Of a stretch of 61,423 bases of DNA, positions 1-12,699 are shown one piece after another. This stretch comes from Ginglymostoma cirratum. Taxonomy: Eukaryota. How positions within the stretch are numbered: position 1 is the stretch's first letter; the number at the start of each line of letters is the position of its first letter. Under the pieces are notes generated by a model. That model was not told where the DNA came from. It did no database searches and was given only the letters and a program-made list of their open reading frames with translations. Both the position numbers and the translations under genes were made by a program. The DNA is taken from positions 874,029-935,451 of the forward strand of contig JAHRHZ010000092.1 in NCBI GenBank assembly GCA_024137785.1, written 5' to 3'.

Positions 1-470
1 TCTGAGCTGGGGGAGTCTTGATTGTAGTGCCTGGAGGTGCCTGCGCATTGCTGCAAGTGTGTGTTTCAGGAGTCGCAGGGAGAAGCGCTTCTGGAGGGTC
101 TCAATGTTCTGAATGTAGATATTGTCACGGTTGGGGCCAAATTGGGAAGGCTTGAATGTGGATTGTAGTCCATTGGGGATGATCTGGTTCCGTAGGCAGG
201 TACTAAGAAAGGTGATGTGGCTGTGGTACCTGGTTTGCTTCAGGACGTGGTCGAGCAGTTTCAAGGCCGAAGAGGTGATGAGAGAGTTGCAGTGTTTTAG
301 AAGTAAGCGTGGAGGCGGAGGCAGCAGAAAAACTGCTCAATATCCAAGCGTGAGCGGTATTCGTTGATATGTGGGTGGAGGGGGACAAAGGTGAGCCCTT
401 TACTGAGGACTGACCGTTCGTCCTCAGTGAGGGGGAGGTCTGGGGGGATGGTGAACACTGCAACTTATCT
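1..470 (-). mobile_element. Penelope-like element, 5' part of ORF (runs off window start)
   Basis: Minus strand reads ...KLLDHVLKQTRYHSHITFLSTCLRNQIIPNGLQSTFKPSQFG..., resembling the N-terminus of shark PLE ORFs; recognised from memory only. Confidence 0.5.
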
Positions 471-712
471 CTGATGATGAAGGCGTCTTGCCAACCCCTC
501 ACATTAACCGTCTGACTAGGAGCATCATGATATAATTGAGAGACCCGCCCCGCCAGATCACGATTGTCATGCATTCATCGTTTCACCAACAACTCCGCTT
601 CGCCCATAACAGTATGTTGATCCGTGGGTAAAGCAGTTTGATTCAAGACTGAGACACCCTGATAGGTCTCAGTTTGAGACTGAGCGAATGGGTACGGGCT
701 TTGATCGCGGGA

Positions 713-751
713 GGTTTTTGTCGCGGTGATGTGCTGTTCTAAGACGCTGTG
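713..751 (-). other. 23-RSS (CACAGCG-23bp-ACAAAAACC)
   Basis: + strand GGTTTTTGT at 713-721, 23-nt spacer 722-744, CGCTGTG at 745-751. Confidence 0.95.
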
Positions 752-1311
752 CACAGCATGGTAGCACGCGTGGTTTCATTCTGGTAACAATTCAGTTCGA
801 CGGTTCCCTCTTCCTCGACAACGAGAGTAAATGGCCACTGATGCACCACATCGCCAGTGGAAGCACCTGCAAACATTTTTGGAAGCATTAATAAATAAAG
901 GTGAGACGTGGTAAGCGCTGAAGCTGCGTTTGAAAATAGGTGTTCTATAAAATAATGAATGATTGAATTAACCCCATTCTGCTCTATGGCCCAACAGATC
1001 TACAAATGTTCTGCCGATTTTAAGTGCCAGCTTATGTTTTGACATTCGTTTTTTGATTTGCTCCCACGACCCTTTCAGACGGCGCATTTCGGATCACAAC
1101 AAAAAGGTGCATTAAATAAAATTCGCCCCCAGTTCATTGGCAAAATATCTGTGACATACCGTTACGTTGATCCCCTATATTTCATTTTAATAATGAAAAT
1201 TTAATGATATTCATGGACCAAGCGCACAATTAAACCTGAGGCTTTCAGTAAATCTTTTTGCTTACATGGCAGCAGAAAGACAAGAGAGAGGGCGAGAGAA
1301 TCTAAAAGCAT
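752..1311 (-). pseudogene. TRBV: TCR beta V pseudogene with internal deletion (V0): leader 1311-1266, intron 1265-867, truncated V exon 866-752
   Basis: Kozak CCACCATG; leader MLLDSLALSLVFLLP with GTAAGC donor (phase 1); tttgcag acceptor; exon CASTGDVVHQWPFTLVVEEEGTVELNCYQNETTRATML-TG, then directly the RSS; FR2-FR3 absent. Confidence 0.9.
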
Positions 1312-1469
1312 GGTGGACTGACTGATCGTTTAGTCAACTACGCGCAGCTATTCCTGAGACTGGAGGTGACGTTGGAGTGATGTTTAAACGACAAGGAGGA
1401 GGAAACTCCAACCAAGAGTTCAATCCCCAAAGTTGCCGAGTTCTGACTTCGTATTTATGTCTCTGTGAA

Positions 1470-1720
1470 GAAACAGTCCAGATGGTGTCCTTGCCAGTTC
1501 CCTTCTTCCTAATGTGGCAGCGCTATCTTCCCTCATAAGATAGCCCGCTCCTTCCAGGTATTAGGCTGGTAAACCTTCAGTGATCTGCTTGCAACGCAGT
1601 AACATCCTTTCGTAAGCGAGGTATTGTACGCAGTATTCCAGTCTTACCAGTATCCTATATAAATGAAGTATAACCTCCCCAACTCTTGCACTGAATTCTC
1701 CTCACAATAAACCATAACAT
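1470..1720 (-). mobile_element. CR1-like LINE fragment
   Basis: Resembles CR1 RT 3' segments elsewhere in window (cagtattcca...tcctatata). Confidence 0.45.
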
Positions 1721-3079
1721 TTTGTAGGAAAATAGAAGAGTTAACGTTTCCAGGCTGGTGACTCTGGTGAGCTCTGATGAAGAGTCACGGGATTCGGAAT
1801 ATGGCCTGCTGTGTTCATCCAGCTCTACACCTTGTTATTTCGGAATATTAACTCTGCTTTCGCCCCACAGATGCTGCCAGACTTTTGCCAGCAATTTCTG
1901 TTTTTGTTTCGGATCTTGAGCATCCGCAGTTCTTCGCTTAATGACAAGTTACGATATGCCTTTGCAGCAAATGGGATTTGAACTGGCACTTTATTGCCCA
2001 GGGTAAACAATCATCTGTATACAGTTAGGACTAAGACTTTCGGAAGTGGAATCTGCAAACATTTCTTGACACAAACGATTTAAGAAATCTGAACGTCCCA
2101 ACAACAACAAACCAAAGATGCTGATAACTTGGACATTTCAAGCCGGAGATCGAAAAAAATGCATTCGTTTGTCTGCTGAGGAATGTGGTTTGGCGGGTAG
2201 ATACAGATCAACTACAATTGAATTAAATTGTGGGGCAAGTCAAGAAGCTGTATGATTTCGTCCTTTCCTGTGTTTGTATTGAAACATTTTCGAATCATTC
2301 ATGGTTTCTTGGTCCTAGAGCGCCTTCCGCACCTTACATGGAGAAGAGTCTAAGAGTCAATTTCCTGTACCCTTTGAAAACGGCTTCAGCTGCTCACTGA
2401 ATTAATTCCACGTTCAGCACCCAAGTGTTGATGTTCCATCCTATTCGCAAGGATTCATCCGTCTTCTACCTTTCTACAACCTATATGTCGGTTACTCGCC
2501 TCAGTCTAGTGCCTGTCACACTGAGTTCCACATTCATATCGATCCTCGAATTAAAAACGTTCGCCAGAATTTCCAGTTACACTCTTACCCATTCAAACCT
2601 AACGAGAGTTGTTATTTCACTTGCGTCCTCCCGTATAATTACTCATTAACTTTCTAACGCCGCTCTTCTAAAACCATATCAACTCTGCAAGAAGGGAAAT
2701 ATCTGGAGGCGCCCTTTAATTTTATCTGGAACAGCTGCCTTCTGCCGCATTTTTTGTTGAAATGTTCCATCTCTCTGAGTTATTGTGCACGTTAATTGCC
2801 AATAAACTGGATACTTACTTCGCACGAAGAACGGTTCCAAGTTCTGAGATGCAATTTATATTTCCGACTAATATTATTTCAGAAGATTAGAAAGAATATT
2901 AATTTCTACCAATTATCATAAAGTCTTTAAAATCAACTGTAATATAAAGTTACTACAATTCTGTGACACAGCTGACAAATTGGGAACAACCTCTCTCTCA
3001 CTTCAGCGTGAGAAATCAACCACAGTCCTTCAGACTTGCTGTTATTATTTATCACCTTTAATAATTAAACTAAAATCCA

Positions 3080-4210
3080 AGGCCTGATCTGTTATAATAA
3101 GGTGTGGAGCTGGATGAACACAGCAGGCCAAGCAGCATCACAGGAGCAGGAAAGCTTGACCTTTGGGGCCTAGACCCTTCATCAGAAATGACTGATCTGT
3201 TATGACAGGAGTAGGCGTTCCCCTCTAATAATTACCCCCAAGACACCCTGAGAAGCTTGTTTTACCCCTCGTAATCCATTAAAAGGGTGGTTAAAAGAAA
3301 GAAAATCCCTGATCTCCACTTTACAAGTCACATGAAACAATTTATTTACTTAACCCAACAATGAACAGATTAACAAAATTCCTAATGAACCAACAATCCC
3401 ACTTAGACTACTAACTACTTCCAAACTGGTATAAATTCTACCGGAATGCTGTTTAAGTAAAACCAAGTCCCACTAATATAAACCCAACTAACATGAAGCA
3501 ATAAGTTATAACTTAATCTCTCCAAGTTCGCACAGACTGTTTTCTGGAATGTTCTGTCATCTCCACTCTTTTCACAAACGCCTTGCTTCCATTAATTCTG
3601 CTGTCAGGAGTGTTTTATCTCTAAAATTTCTTTAATGAGGACTTTGAGCTAAAATACGTGGTACCTTTGCTAAAATTATTGGGCTTTCTCAGAGCTGAAT
3701 GGTGCTAACTCTGGCAGGTGGCGGATGGCTCTTCCTTTATTATCTAACATGGCTTTTCTTTCCTTTCATTCTCTAACTCCAGCTGTCTCATTTGCAACCT
3801 AAGTTTTTCTATCCCCACTGCACTTGCCTGCTTCTCTGATATACCTAAGTGCTTGATCTACTCCATTACGATTTCAGCTTTTCTTTTATCCTGAGTTAAA
3901 CCCAATTCTAATCTGTTTGCTAATTCAAATAGTATAGCCTTCCTCTGCCTTTGCAAACTTTCTTGGCAAATTTGGGAGGCACCTTCAAATTCCAAAACCT
4001 CTTTAGCAATGTTAAGAGCCATTTCCCTCCCTTTTAATTTAACCAATGACAAGTAACCGAAATTAAACGGAATTTTTTTCTCACCTATGTTTTATTTTAA
4101 GATCCAGGACACTAATCCGCAAGTCTGTTTAAATCTGTCCAAGTTCTGTTCAGATCCCCAACTCAAACCATCCAGATCCCGGACTTGAGCCCCCAATTTT
4201 TTGTTACGAA
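3080..4210 (-). mobile_element. Gypsy-type LTR retrotransposon remnant (LTR pieces, PBS, gag N-terminus)
   Basis: LTR end followed by tRNA-Pro-like PBS TGGGGGCTCaaGTCCGGGAT (4176-4195); ORF 3858-4052 MALNIAKEVLEF...LFELANRLEL resembles a gag start. Confidence 0.6.
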
Positions 4211-5834
4211 GGAGAATGGCCGAACCTCTCTGACAATTAAACTAAAACACAAGCCCTGATCTGTTATGACAGGCATAGAGTTCCTTTCTAATAATTAATA
4301 GTTTCGTTTCCTTAATAAAAAATATCTATTTGAATTGATGAGTGAAATTCAATCACTTTACAACTTTACCATGTAATTAAAACAAAACCTGTTTGGATTC
4401 CCTGAGTAACTATTGGAAGCTCTGTATCTTGTAATCTCTTGTGACAGTGCTGTGACTAAGAGGTTAGAATCCCTGCAGTGTAGGAACAGGCCCTTTGGCC
4501 CAATAGGTCCACACTGACCCTCAAAGCATCCCACCTAGATCCAACTCCCTAATCTACACATCCCTGGACACTGCAGGCAATTTAGCCTGGCCAATCCACC
4601 TAGTCTGCATATCTTTGGACCGTGGGAAGAAACCCACACCGACACAGGGAGGTTATTTCATCTTTTTTTTAAGAGAGGCAGAAGCATGGAATATCTATCA
4701 ACAGCACTTGACTAAACAGTTAGGCGGCCTTGGGTTATTTTTTAAACAGCCTGAATGGGTGCAGCCAGCTCTCACAGATCAGGATTTCTAGGTTTTGGTT
4801 TTTCAGTAGCATCTGAAGCTTTTGGTATCTCAACAGATTTGGAGGCTTTAGTAATTATCTCCAGGTTGCTATTCTCTCTGAAATTTCTCTTGACTTTTTT
4901 TTCCCTCCTGGATTGGAAAACAGCATGTGAGAATCTGTCTGAATTTGCCTTTTTGCCAAGGCATACATTTATGGGATGTTCCTATATTGGAACAGTTAAT
5001 TAATAAGTTAGTATATCTATTATTTGGTTACGGTTTTCAAGAGTTAGGTTATTCTAAAATTTTTTTATTGTTTCTATTTTAACTAGTGTTTAAATAAATT
5101 ACCACAGTGTTTTTGCTTAATGCCAAATAGTTTCACCAGTCGAGTTACAGCTGGAACACAGCACTTCACGTTAGCTTTTAAAATAAGAAAAGGTGCAGGT
5201 CTAAGCTCCTTCGTTAAAATATTTTGAGGGGGTCTGTTCTGGTCCATAACACGGTCACTATTCCCTTGATATCTGGATGTAAGAATTTGTCCAATTATCT
5301 ACATCTGCACGTAGGCCTCAGTTGATTATCAGTCCCCAGTTCTGACCTGTCTTTTTACAACATTCCTCTGTCCTCCTTCTGTGCCAATGGTCTTTACACC
5401 ATTTATTTCCTTATCTTCCCCAATAATGCAATGGGCCTCTTTACTGCCCACAAACATTTGCTAAGGAATGCAATTAACCTTTTATCACTAATTTGTTCTT
5501 TGCATTTTTAATTTTACAATTACCTGAGAAGTTCTGAATACATTAGGATAAGACGTTTCCTTCTACTTTTTAATAAATAACAAACTTGGGACTGTGGTTA
5601 ATCTAGGCCTTTCAAAAATGTCCCTTATTAAAGTGTTTTTTTTATGTTTAGTACTGCCTGTTTATAGAAACCTAATAAACTTCTCATTCTTCGTACAGAG
5701 AATCTTATCTTAACCATTATCACCACAAAGACCACAAGTCTGTCTATGAAAATCTACCCTATGTAGCTGTCAACCCCTTTCAGCTATCTTGTGTCAGCTA
5801 AAAACCCAAAACGGCCATCTTGTCAACTGCAGTC

Positions 5835-6195
5835 ATGGACCGCTGCAACGATATTGGTAGCCGTTGAGTAAGACATGAACTATAGCTCCTTCACTGGGTA
5901 CAGTCCATACCACTACATGTTAGGTGTAATCGTTCCCATCACGATGCACTTCAAGTTCACTCTCTTTCCCAGGCAATTTGGAGACAGCGGTGGGAGTCTG
6001 GTAGATAATCTGTGCGTTCACATCAGGGGAAAAATATGGAGATGACAGAAGTCAGGAAATTGAAACATTGCGTACAGTGGAGGGAGAGAGAAGGGTTGTG
6101 AAGAAGAAACCCAGAGAATGGTGACTATTAGCAATTATTATTGAAAGAAATTTCTTACGGAGAAACAAGATCATTAGCCCCACCAAGAGATACAT
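5835..6195 (-). pseudogene. TRBV: TRBV30-like V pseudogene A (leader 6195-6159, V exon from 6023, 3' half and RSS missing)
   Basis: Leader MYLLVGLMILFL|gtaaga; acceptor mutated to CTG; exon DVNAQIIYQTPTAVSKLPG/fs/VNLKCIVMGTITPNM*WYGLYPVKEL*FMSYST. Confidence 0.88.
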
Positions 6196-9054
6196 CTTTT
6201 ACTTGGAGGATCCATTTTAATCGAGAAAGGAGCGAGAAGTGGTTAGTGGGATCTTATGAAGAAGCAAACTACTCTTTTGAAAACAGTGATGAAGCCAGGA
6301 ACAGCATCATCAAATATTGCAGTGTTTCAAACATCACCTAGTTCAATCTAATCAATCAGGATCTCCATAATTGCTAGATCCCAAAGATCAGCAGGATTAA
6401 ATGTTGGAACAAACTCCCAGAAAACTGTTTTCATCTCTCTTTAATTAATTGAGCAATCATTACTATAATTATCCAGTTTTGTTTCTGTAAAGCTTCACCT
6501 GAATCCAGATGTGATTTCCAAATTACCAGATGTGGATGGATGCTAAATAATTGGATAATACTAATCTGAGGGAGAGTCTTTTGAGAAAGAGGCAGATGGT
6601 GCAACAAGACCCCTCTCAAAGACTTTTAATTTTGCTTTTATTGTCATGTCTACTCAAGTACAGGAGTACAGTGAGAAGTGTACAATGTTACCATTCCCTG
6701 CACCATCTTAGGTACAAAGATAGCAACTACAAAATCGTACATACCGAAATAGAAGAATAAAGAAATGAAGTTAGAAGTTAAACATTACAGCCCTTTCTTA
6801 AGCCAGGTACATCTTTCACAGCATATAGTTGAGCTCATTATTGGACATACAACAATAAAGAAAATTCAATGATCTGGCTTTGAGCCAGGAATCTGAAATG
6901 TCTACACCATATTCAGACTTAAGCACCACAAGAGACAGCACCTAGTAAGCTATGATTTGAAGAATGACTGCTTGGAACTCCATTTTAGTTTCTGTGTTGT
7001 GACTACGCACCCTCATCTCCTGCAACTCTCTCTCCCTCTTTTTGCATCCACCTCTGCATCTGTCTCTCTTCTCTCTCTCCATTCTCTTTTCTCCCTTCAG
7101 ATCTCAACTTCTGTGTCTCTTCTTGTGTCTCTACACAATTATTTATCTGCCTTAACCGATGCTCTTTATCTCTTGTTCTCCATCTCTGTCAGTGTCAATC
7201 TTTCTCTGGCTTTCTTTTTATCGCAGCCTATACATTTCTCTCTTCTCTTTGTCTTTCTCCCTCTCATTTTCTCTGTCTCTGTCTCTGCCTTGTTCTGAGT
7301 GTCTGCGGAGGTGGTAGAAACAGATATGATTGCAAAGCCTAAAAGGCATTAGACAGACACATGAACAGTAGGAAATTGAGGAATATGGAACATTTGCTGG
7401 TAGGTGGGATTAGTTTAGAGTTGCATCATGGTCAGTAGAAAAGGACACAATCCTGTGCTGTAGTGTTCTATGATATATTTTTGCCCTTTTCTCTCAGTGC
7501 CTCACTCCTTCAGTTACTCTGTTCTACAACACATCACAATCTCTAACTCCCTCTCACCCTATTTTACTCTACAATTCTCTCACTATCTGTCTTAATTAAG
7601 ACAATCTGCAATGCAAATAGAATCGGAGTCATAGGGCTTTTACAGCACAAAGGGGAGGCCCTTTGGTCCATTGCTTTCATGCTGGTCATCTAATATTCAA
7701 ATATTCTAATCCAATTTTCCAGCATTTGGCCATTAGCTATGTATGCCATGGTATTTGAAGAGTTCATCTTAATAGTTCTTAAAAGTCTTCAAGGTTGCTG
7801 CATCTGACACCCATTCAGACAATAAATTTCAGATAACCACTTCTGTCTGAATGATTTTTTCTTTCCTCAAATCTCTCGAAACCTTCTGTTCCTTAGCTTA
7901 AAATTGTGCCCCTGGTTATTGCCACCTCTACTAAGGGCAAATCTACCCTTCCTATGTCCCTGAGAACTTCCTCCATGTACATGAGACTCCCCTTACCCAC
8001 CCACCCCCAGCTGTCTCTGCAAGAAGGAAACCAAACCCCAGCGTATTTAATCTTCCTTCTAGCTGAATCATTCCAGTCTCTGCAATATCGAGACGAATAT
8101 CCTCTGCACCCTATCTACTGCAATCACATTTTTCCTACAGTGTAGCAATTAGAACTAAACACAGTAGGTCAACTGTGGCCTAACTAATTTCATATAAAGC
8201 ACCATTGTAAACTCCTTCCTCTTCTATTCAGTGCCTTGACTAATAAAGGGAAGTCACATATACCCTATAAACAAACTTATCTACATGTCCTGCCATCTTC
8301 AAGGATCTATGGACATGCAACAATGTCCCCTCTGATCCTTTGTACTTCCTACGATCCTATCATTCAAAGAGCGCACACTTGCCTCGACTGTCCTCACAAC
8401 ATACACCACTTCACACTTCAGAGGATTAAATTCCATTTGCCACTGTTCATCTCATTTGATCAGCCATGTTTCCGTGACAGCAATGACATCAATCTTCATG
8501 CTTTAGTTAAAATACTCAACTCAACCTTCTCACAAAGCTCCTTGCATAAAATAATTGACATTCAGGCTTGCCATTACTCACTTGTGCTTTAACTTGACTA
8601 TATTCACATTGCCTTTCAGAATGACTAACCTCTTCGTCTCTACTTGTCTGTGCATCATACCCGACTGTACCTCTACTCTAAATCTCATCTCCCTGCCAAG
8701 TTAGTTTGAACTTCCACCAACCACATGAGCAAATCTCCTTGCAAGGATGTTTGTCCCAATTCAGTTCAGGTACAACCCATCAGATATGTACAGTTTCTAC
8801 CTTCCCCAGAAATGGACCCAAGGATCCAGGAAATGAAATCCCTCCCTTCTACTCAAACTCCTCAGCCACTCTTCATCTGTTCAACCATCCTATTCCTCTG
8901 CTCACAAGCATGTGGCATTGAGAGTAGTGCAGAGCTTACAAACTTTTGAGATGCTGCCTTTAAATCTTCTATCCAGCTCACTAACGTCTTGTTTCAGGAA
9001 CTCATCCATCTTTCAACATCTCATTGATCCCAGTGTGAACTATTATTTCTGACT

Positions 9055-9556
9055 CAAAACAAAAAGTTGCTGGAAAAGCAAGATGGAAAAAAACAACACC
9101 TCATTTTCTACTTGGGGACTCTGCAGCCCCCTGGGCTCAATATCAAGTTTAATAATTTTAGGGCCTAAACTCTCCCATATCCCAGGCCCCTATCCCACAC
9201 ACCAGGCCATGTTATCATGTAGCCTGCCATTACACACTACCTGTTGTTAGTCACTAATAGTTCCCATTAACAACTATTCACCCTCCCAGTCTGATCATTA
9301 TCAACTCCCTTGTCTGTCCAACCGTTCTGCTCTCTCTTTAGGCTATATCCTATCGTTTATTCCCTACCCCACCACCTCCCTATTTTCGGCATATAAACTG
9401 AAGTTTTCCAGCCACCATCACTTCTGAGGATGGGTCACCGGACCCAAAACGTTAACTGTGCCTTTTTTTATTCAAAGATGCTACCAGACCTGCTGAGCTT
9501 TTCCAGCAACTTTGTTTTTGTTCCTGATTTACAGCGTCCACAATTCTTTTGGTTTT
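9055..9556. mobile_element. Penelope-like terminal fragment with inverted ends, present only in duplication copy A
   Basis: Flanked by tattatttctg(a/g)ct duplication; absent at the paralogous site ~38180; degenerate hammerhead core at ~9424-9455. Confidence 0.6.
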
Positions 9557-10017
9557 TATTATTTCTGGCTGTTCATCGCACTGAAAATCGTGTTATTCAG
9601 TTCTGTCACTGTAGTAAAAGGAACAGCCATCGAACAGGCCTGTTAACTCAAGATTGGGCATCCATGAGGCACAGTGAGCCAATCAACAGCAGCAAATTTA
9701 TAATCCAGCACAGTCCGCAAACTCATGGCCTGGCATTTGCCCCATTCTGCCATTATGACCAAGCCAGGGAATCAACCTTGGTTCAATCAACAGTGCAAGA
9801 AAGCATGCCAGGAGCAGCAACAGAGGAGCTAAAAGTGAAGTGCCAACCTGGTGAAGTTGCAGAGAGGACTACTTGCAAGCCAAACAGTATCAACAGCAAA
9901 CGATAGATGTGATCCCCCTACCAACGAATCAGATCTAAGTTATGCAGTCCTTCTGCATTCAGTCATAAATGGTGGTGGACAACTAAATAATTCACTGGAG
10001 GAGGCGGCTCCTCAAGT

Positions 10018-11498
10018 ATCCTTCCATTAGACCTAAAGACAAATGAAGCAATATCCTGGAATCTTATTGCACAGAATAAGCATAGTTCGAAAACCTCACT
10101 GGTTAATGCAGACGTGTGCGGACATTTAACCAACCTTGCTTTCATCATCTATTAATAAGCAATTGAATAATAATTTTAGTGAATCAATTAAATGGACAGT
10201 TAGAAAAGAGACTGTAGTGACCGTCAAGTCTGTTGACTGAATATTATGCGGGGAACAAAGATTGCTTGTTTAGTCCAAGTGGTTCCAGCATATCCACGCT
10301 GATATTATTTGTAAAAATTATTAAAAAGATGCTCAGCCCTTCATCCTCAGTGATTCGACCTTATTCTAGATCTCCCAGACAGGGGAAGATAATCTCTTCG
10401 TCTTTCCAATCAAGTTTCTTCAGAAACACTGAATGGAATATCCTCTGACAAACACCAGAGGTACCTCTCGGTTGCACACAGTAATCATATGGTGCATTCT
10501 CACCAAAGCCCTGCAGAAAGTGTTTATTATTTTTCTCCTTTCTAGTAAAGGCCAATGTTCTATTTGCCTTCTGAATTGTTTGTTATAACCTGCACACTAA
10601 TTTTCTATATTCCTTCAACTCTCAAATTCATCTGAGCATAAACATTTAGCAGTTTCAGGCCTTTAAAAAGAACTTACATTTTTTGTACTTACAACTCAAG
10701 TAAATAATCTCACATTTTCCAATATTTTGCCTCATTATCCAATTTATTGGCAACTAACTTAAAGCGTTTATATCTGCAGCTTCCCTTAGTCATCCACATA
10801 TGTTAATTCTCTGATATATACAAGGTGTTGAGCTGGATGAACACAGCAGGCCAAGCAGCATCAGGGGAGCAGGAAGGCTGACGTTTCGGGCCTAGACATT
10901 TCCGAAGAAGGGTCTAGGCCCGNNNNNNNNNNNNNNNNNNNNNNNNNNNNNNNNNNNNNNNNNNNNNNNNNNNNNNNNNNNNNNNNNNNNNNNNNNNNNN
11001 NNNNNNNNNNNNNNNNNNNNNNNNNNNNNNNNNNNNNNNNNNNNNNNNNNNNNNNNNNNNNNNNNNNNNNNNNNNNNNNNNNNNNNNNNNNNNNNNNNNN
11101 NNNNNNNNNNNNNNNNNNNNNNNNNNNNNNNNNNNNNNNNNNNNNNNNNNNNNNNNNNNNNNNNNNNNNNNNNNNNNNNNNNNNNNNNNNNNNNNNNNNN
11201 NNNNNNNNNNNNNNNNNNNNNNNNNNNNNNNNNNNNNNNNNNNNNNNNNNNNNNNNNNNNNNNNNNNNNNNNNNNNNNNNNNNNNNNNNNNNNNNNNNNN
11301 NNNNNNNNNNNNNNNNNNNNNNGTACATCTCAGATTCTCCAGCATCTGCAGTTCCTACTATCTCAGAAACTATGTTAATTCTCTTCTGACTTTGCATCGT
11401 CAGTTAAATTTCATACATTCTCTCAGTCCTAGTCATGAATATAATCGTCTACGGTGTACTTACAGGGCAGAAAAAGTCGAAAAATAAAAGTGATGCAT
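10018..11498 (-). pseudogene. TRBV: Truncated paralog of the 14.5-15.7 kb V gene (leader 11498-11464; only first codons of V exon remain at ~10018-10032)
   Basis: 10018-10110 aligns with 14817-14927; 35-nt frameshifted leader ending gtaagt; same intronic CR1 piece; same CCGGAAATGAC promoter motif at 11602. Confidence 0.75.
10923..11322. other. Assembly gap (400 N) inside an inverted Penelope-terminal insertion
   Basis: N run; flanks are PLE terminal sequence; tatgttaattctct duplicated at ~10800 and ~11371. Confidence 0.95.
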
Positions 11499-12699
11499 AT
11501 TTGGAAAGAAGTGAATTGCTGCAATGAACACGTCCTCACTCTCGGTGACTCTTATTCTGCAAGCATTAGTGCTTGCATAGGTCCAAAGGCCGAACCTTGC
11601 CCCGGAAATGACATTGTTCTGGATAACGCAGCCGTATTTACGCGCTGGTGCAGGAGTGCGTATTGATTCCCCTATGCTTCCCTGGAATATTAAAACGTGT
11701 CACCATGTGTTTTGGACCCACACTGCTTTGCATAACCAAGCAATCTTTAGTCTGTGATGTCTAGAGCAAGTTTACCATAATAAAGAGATATCAGGCTAGT
11801 TGCACAGGAGCGTTTGCCAAAATGTTTTGAACACAGAACAATTTGAGTCAGCTACTATTCATTGGGGCATAAAGTCATAATTTAACCTCTCAGGCATGAG
11901 TTCCAAGGCTAAATTTCCATCTCGGATACGACAAAATAAATGCAGGCACAGAGGTGTAATGGTGAGGGCGTATTGCATAGTCCCTGGTGCAGCACTAGCT
12001 GAATGCATGTTTCTCGACGATACAATACTGAGATACTATGCCTAAATCCGAAGATGTTTCTGGCCCTTAACAGGAATAAAGTGATTCGATCTTCCCCTCG
12101 TGTTTGGAAGGTAATGGTATCTCTAGAAACTAGAGGTCATTGTTTAATAGTGAGGCTCCCATTTGAAACAGAGATGAGATGAAACGAAACTTTTCCTCTG
12201 GGAGGGTTGTGAAACTTTGGAACTCTTTTCCTGATAAGGTTGTGGTGAAGAAGGGTCTAGGCCCGAAATGTCAAGCTTCCTCGCTCCTATGATGCTGCTT
12301 GGCCTGCTGTGTTCATCCAGCTCTACACCTTGTTATCTCAGATTCTCCAGCATCTGCAGTTCCTACTATCCCTGAAAGAGTCTTTGACTATTTTTCTGGC
12401 AATGTAGGTAGGCTCCTGTTACTCAAGGAGGTGAAAGGTTATCAGAGATGAGCAGGAATCTACATTTGATGATAATTATACACTATCATAAGGAATGACA
12501 GAGTATTCCAGCCATCGCGAATGAACGTTTGGCTTTTTTTGTACTTTCACATTATGAAAGTAACTCTATTTCAAACAACGTGATCAACTGGGTGTCATGT
12601 TCTTTAAGCCGTCCCATCACAGACACACATTAGTTCAGAACTCTGATGCAGAGTGCGAGAAAGTTTTATTTTTCTGTTCCGGTGGTAAACTCGTACAGC

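Larger units (their letters stand above)
4320..10020. repeat. Segmental duplication copy A (paralogous to ~32060-38650)
   Basis: Colinear near-identical blocks, e.g. 8706-8950 vs 37839-38090, 6141-6400 vs 34853-35100, 4325-4465 vs 32062-32207. Confidence 0.9.

Noticed and set aside
973-1045. In-phase ATG exon MSKHKLALKIGRTFVDLLGHRAEW as V0 leader
   Set aside because: Not hydrophobic and weak donor; 1311-1266 is a far better leader
2959-2994. CTGTG-A-CACAGCT as a D segment or second signal joint
   Set aside because: Only a 5/9 nonamer on one side, none on the other, and no coding context
5768-5806. Nonamer-like CTAAAAACC near the truncation of pseudogene A
   Set aside because: No heptamer at 12 or 23 bp
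10861-11397. Long ORFs in the ORF track
   Set aside because: Artefacts of the N gap
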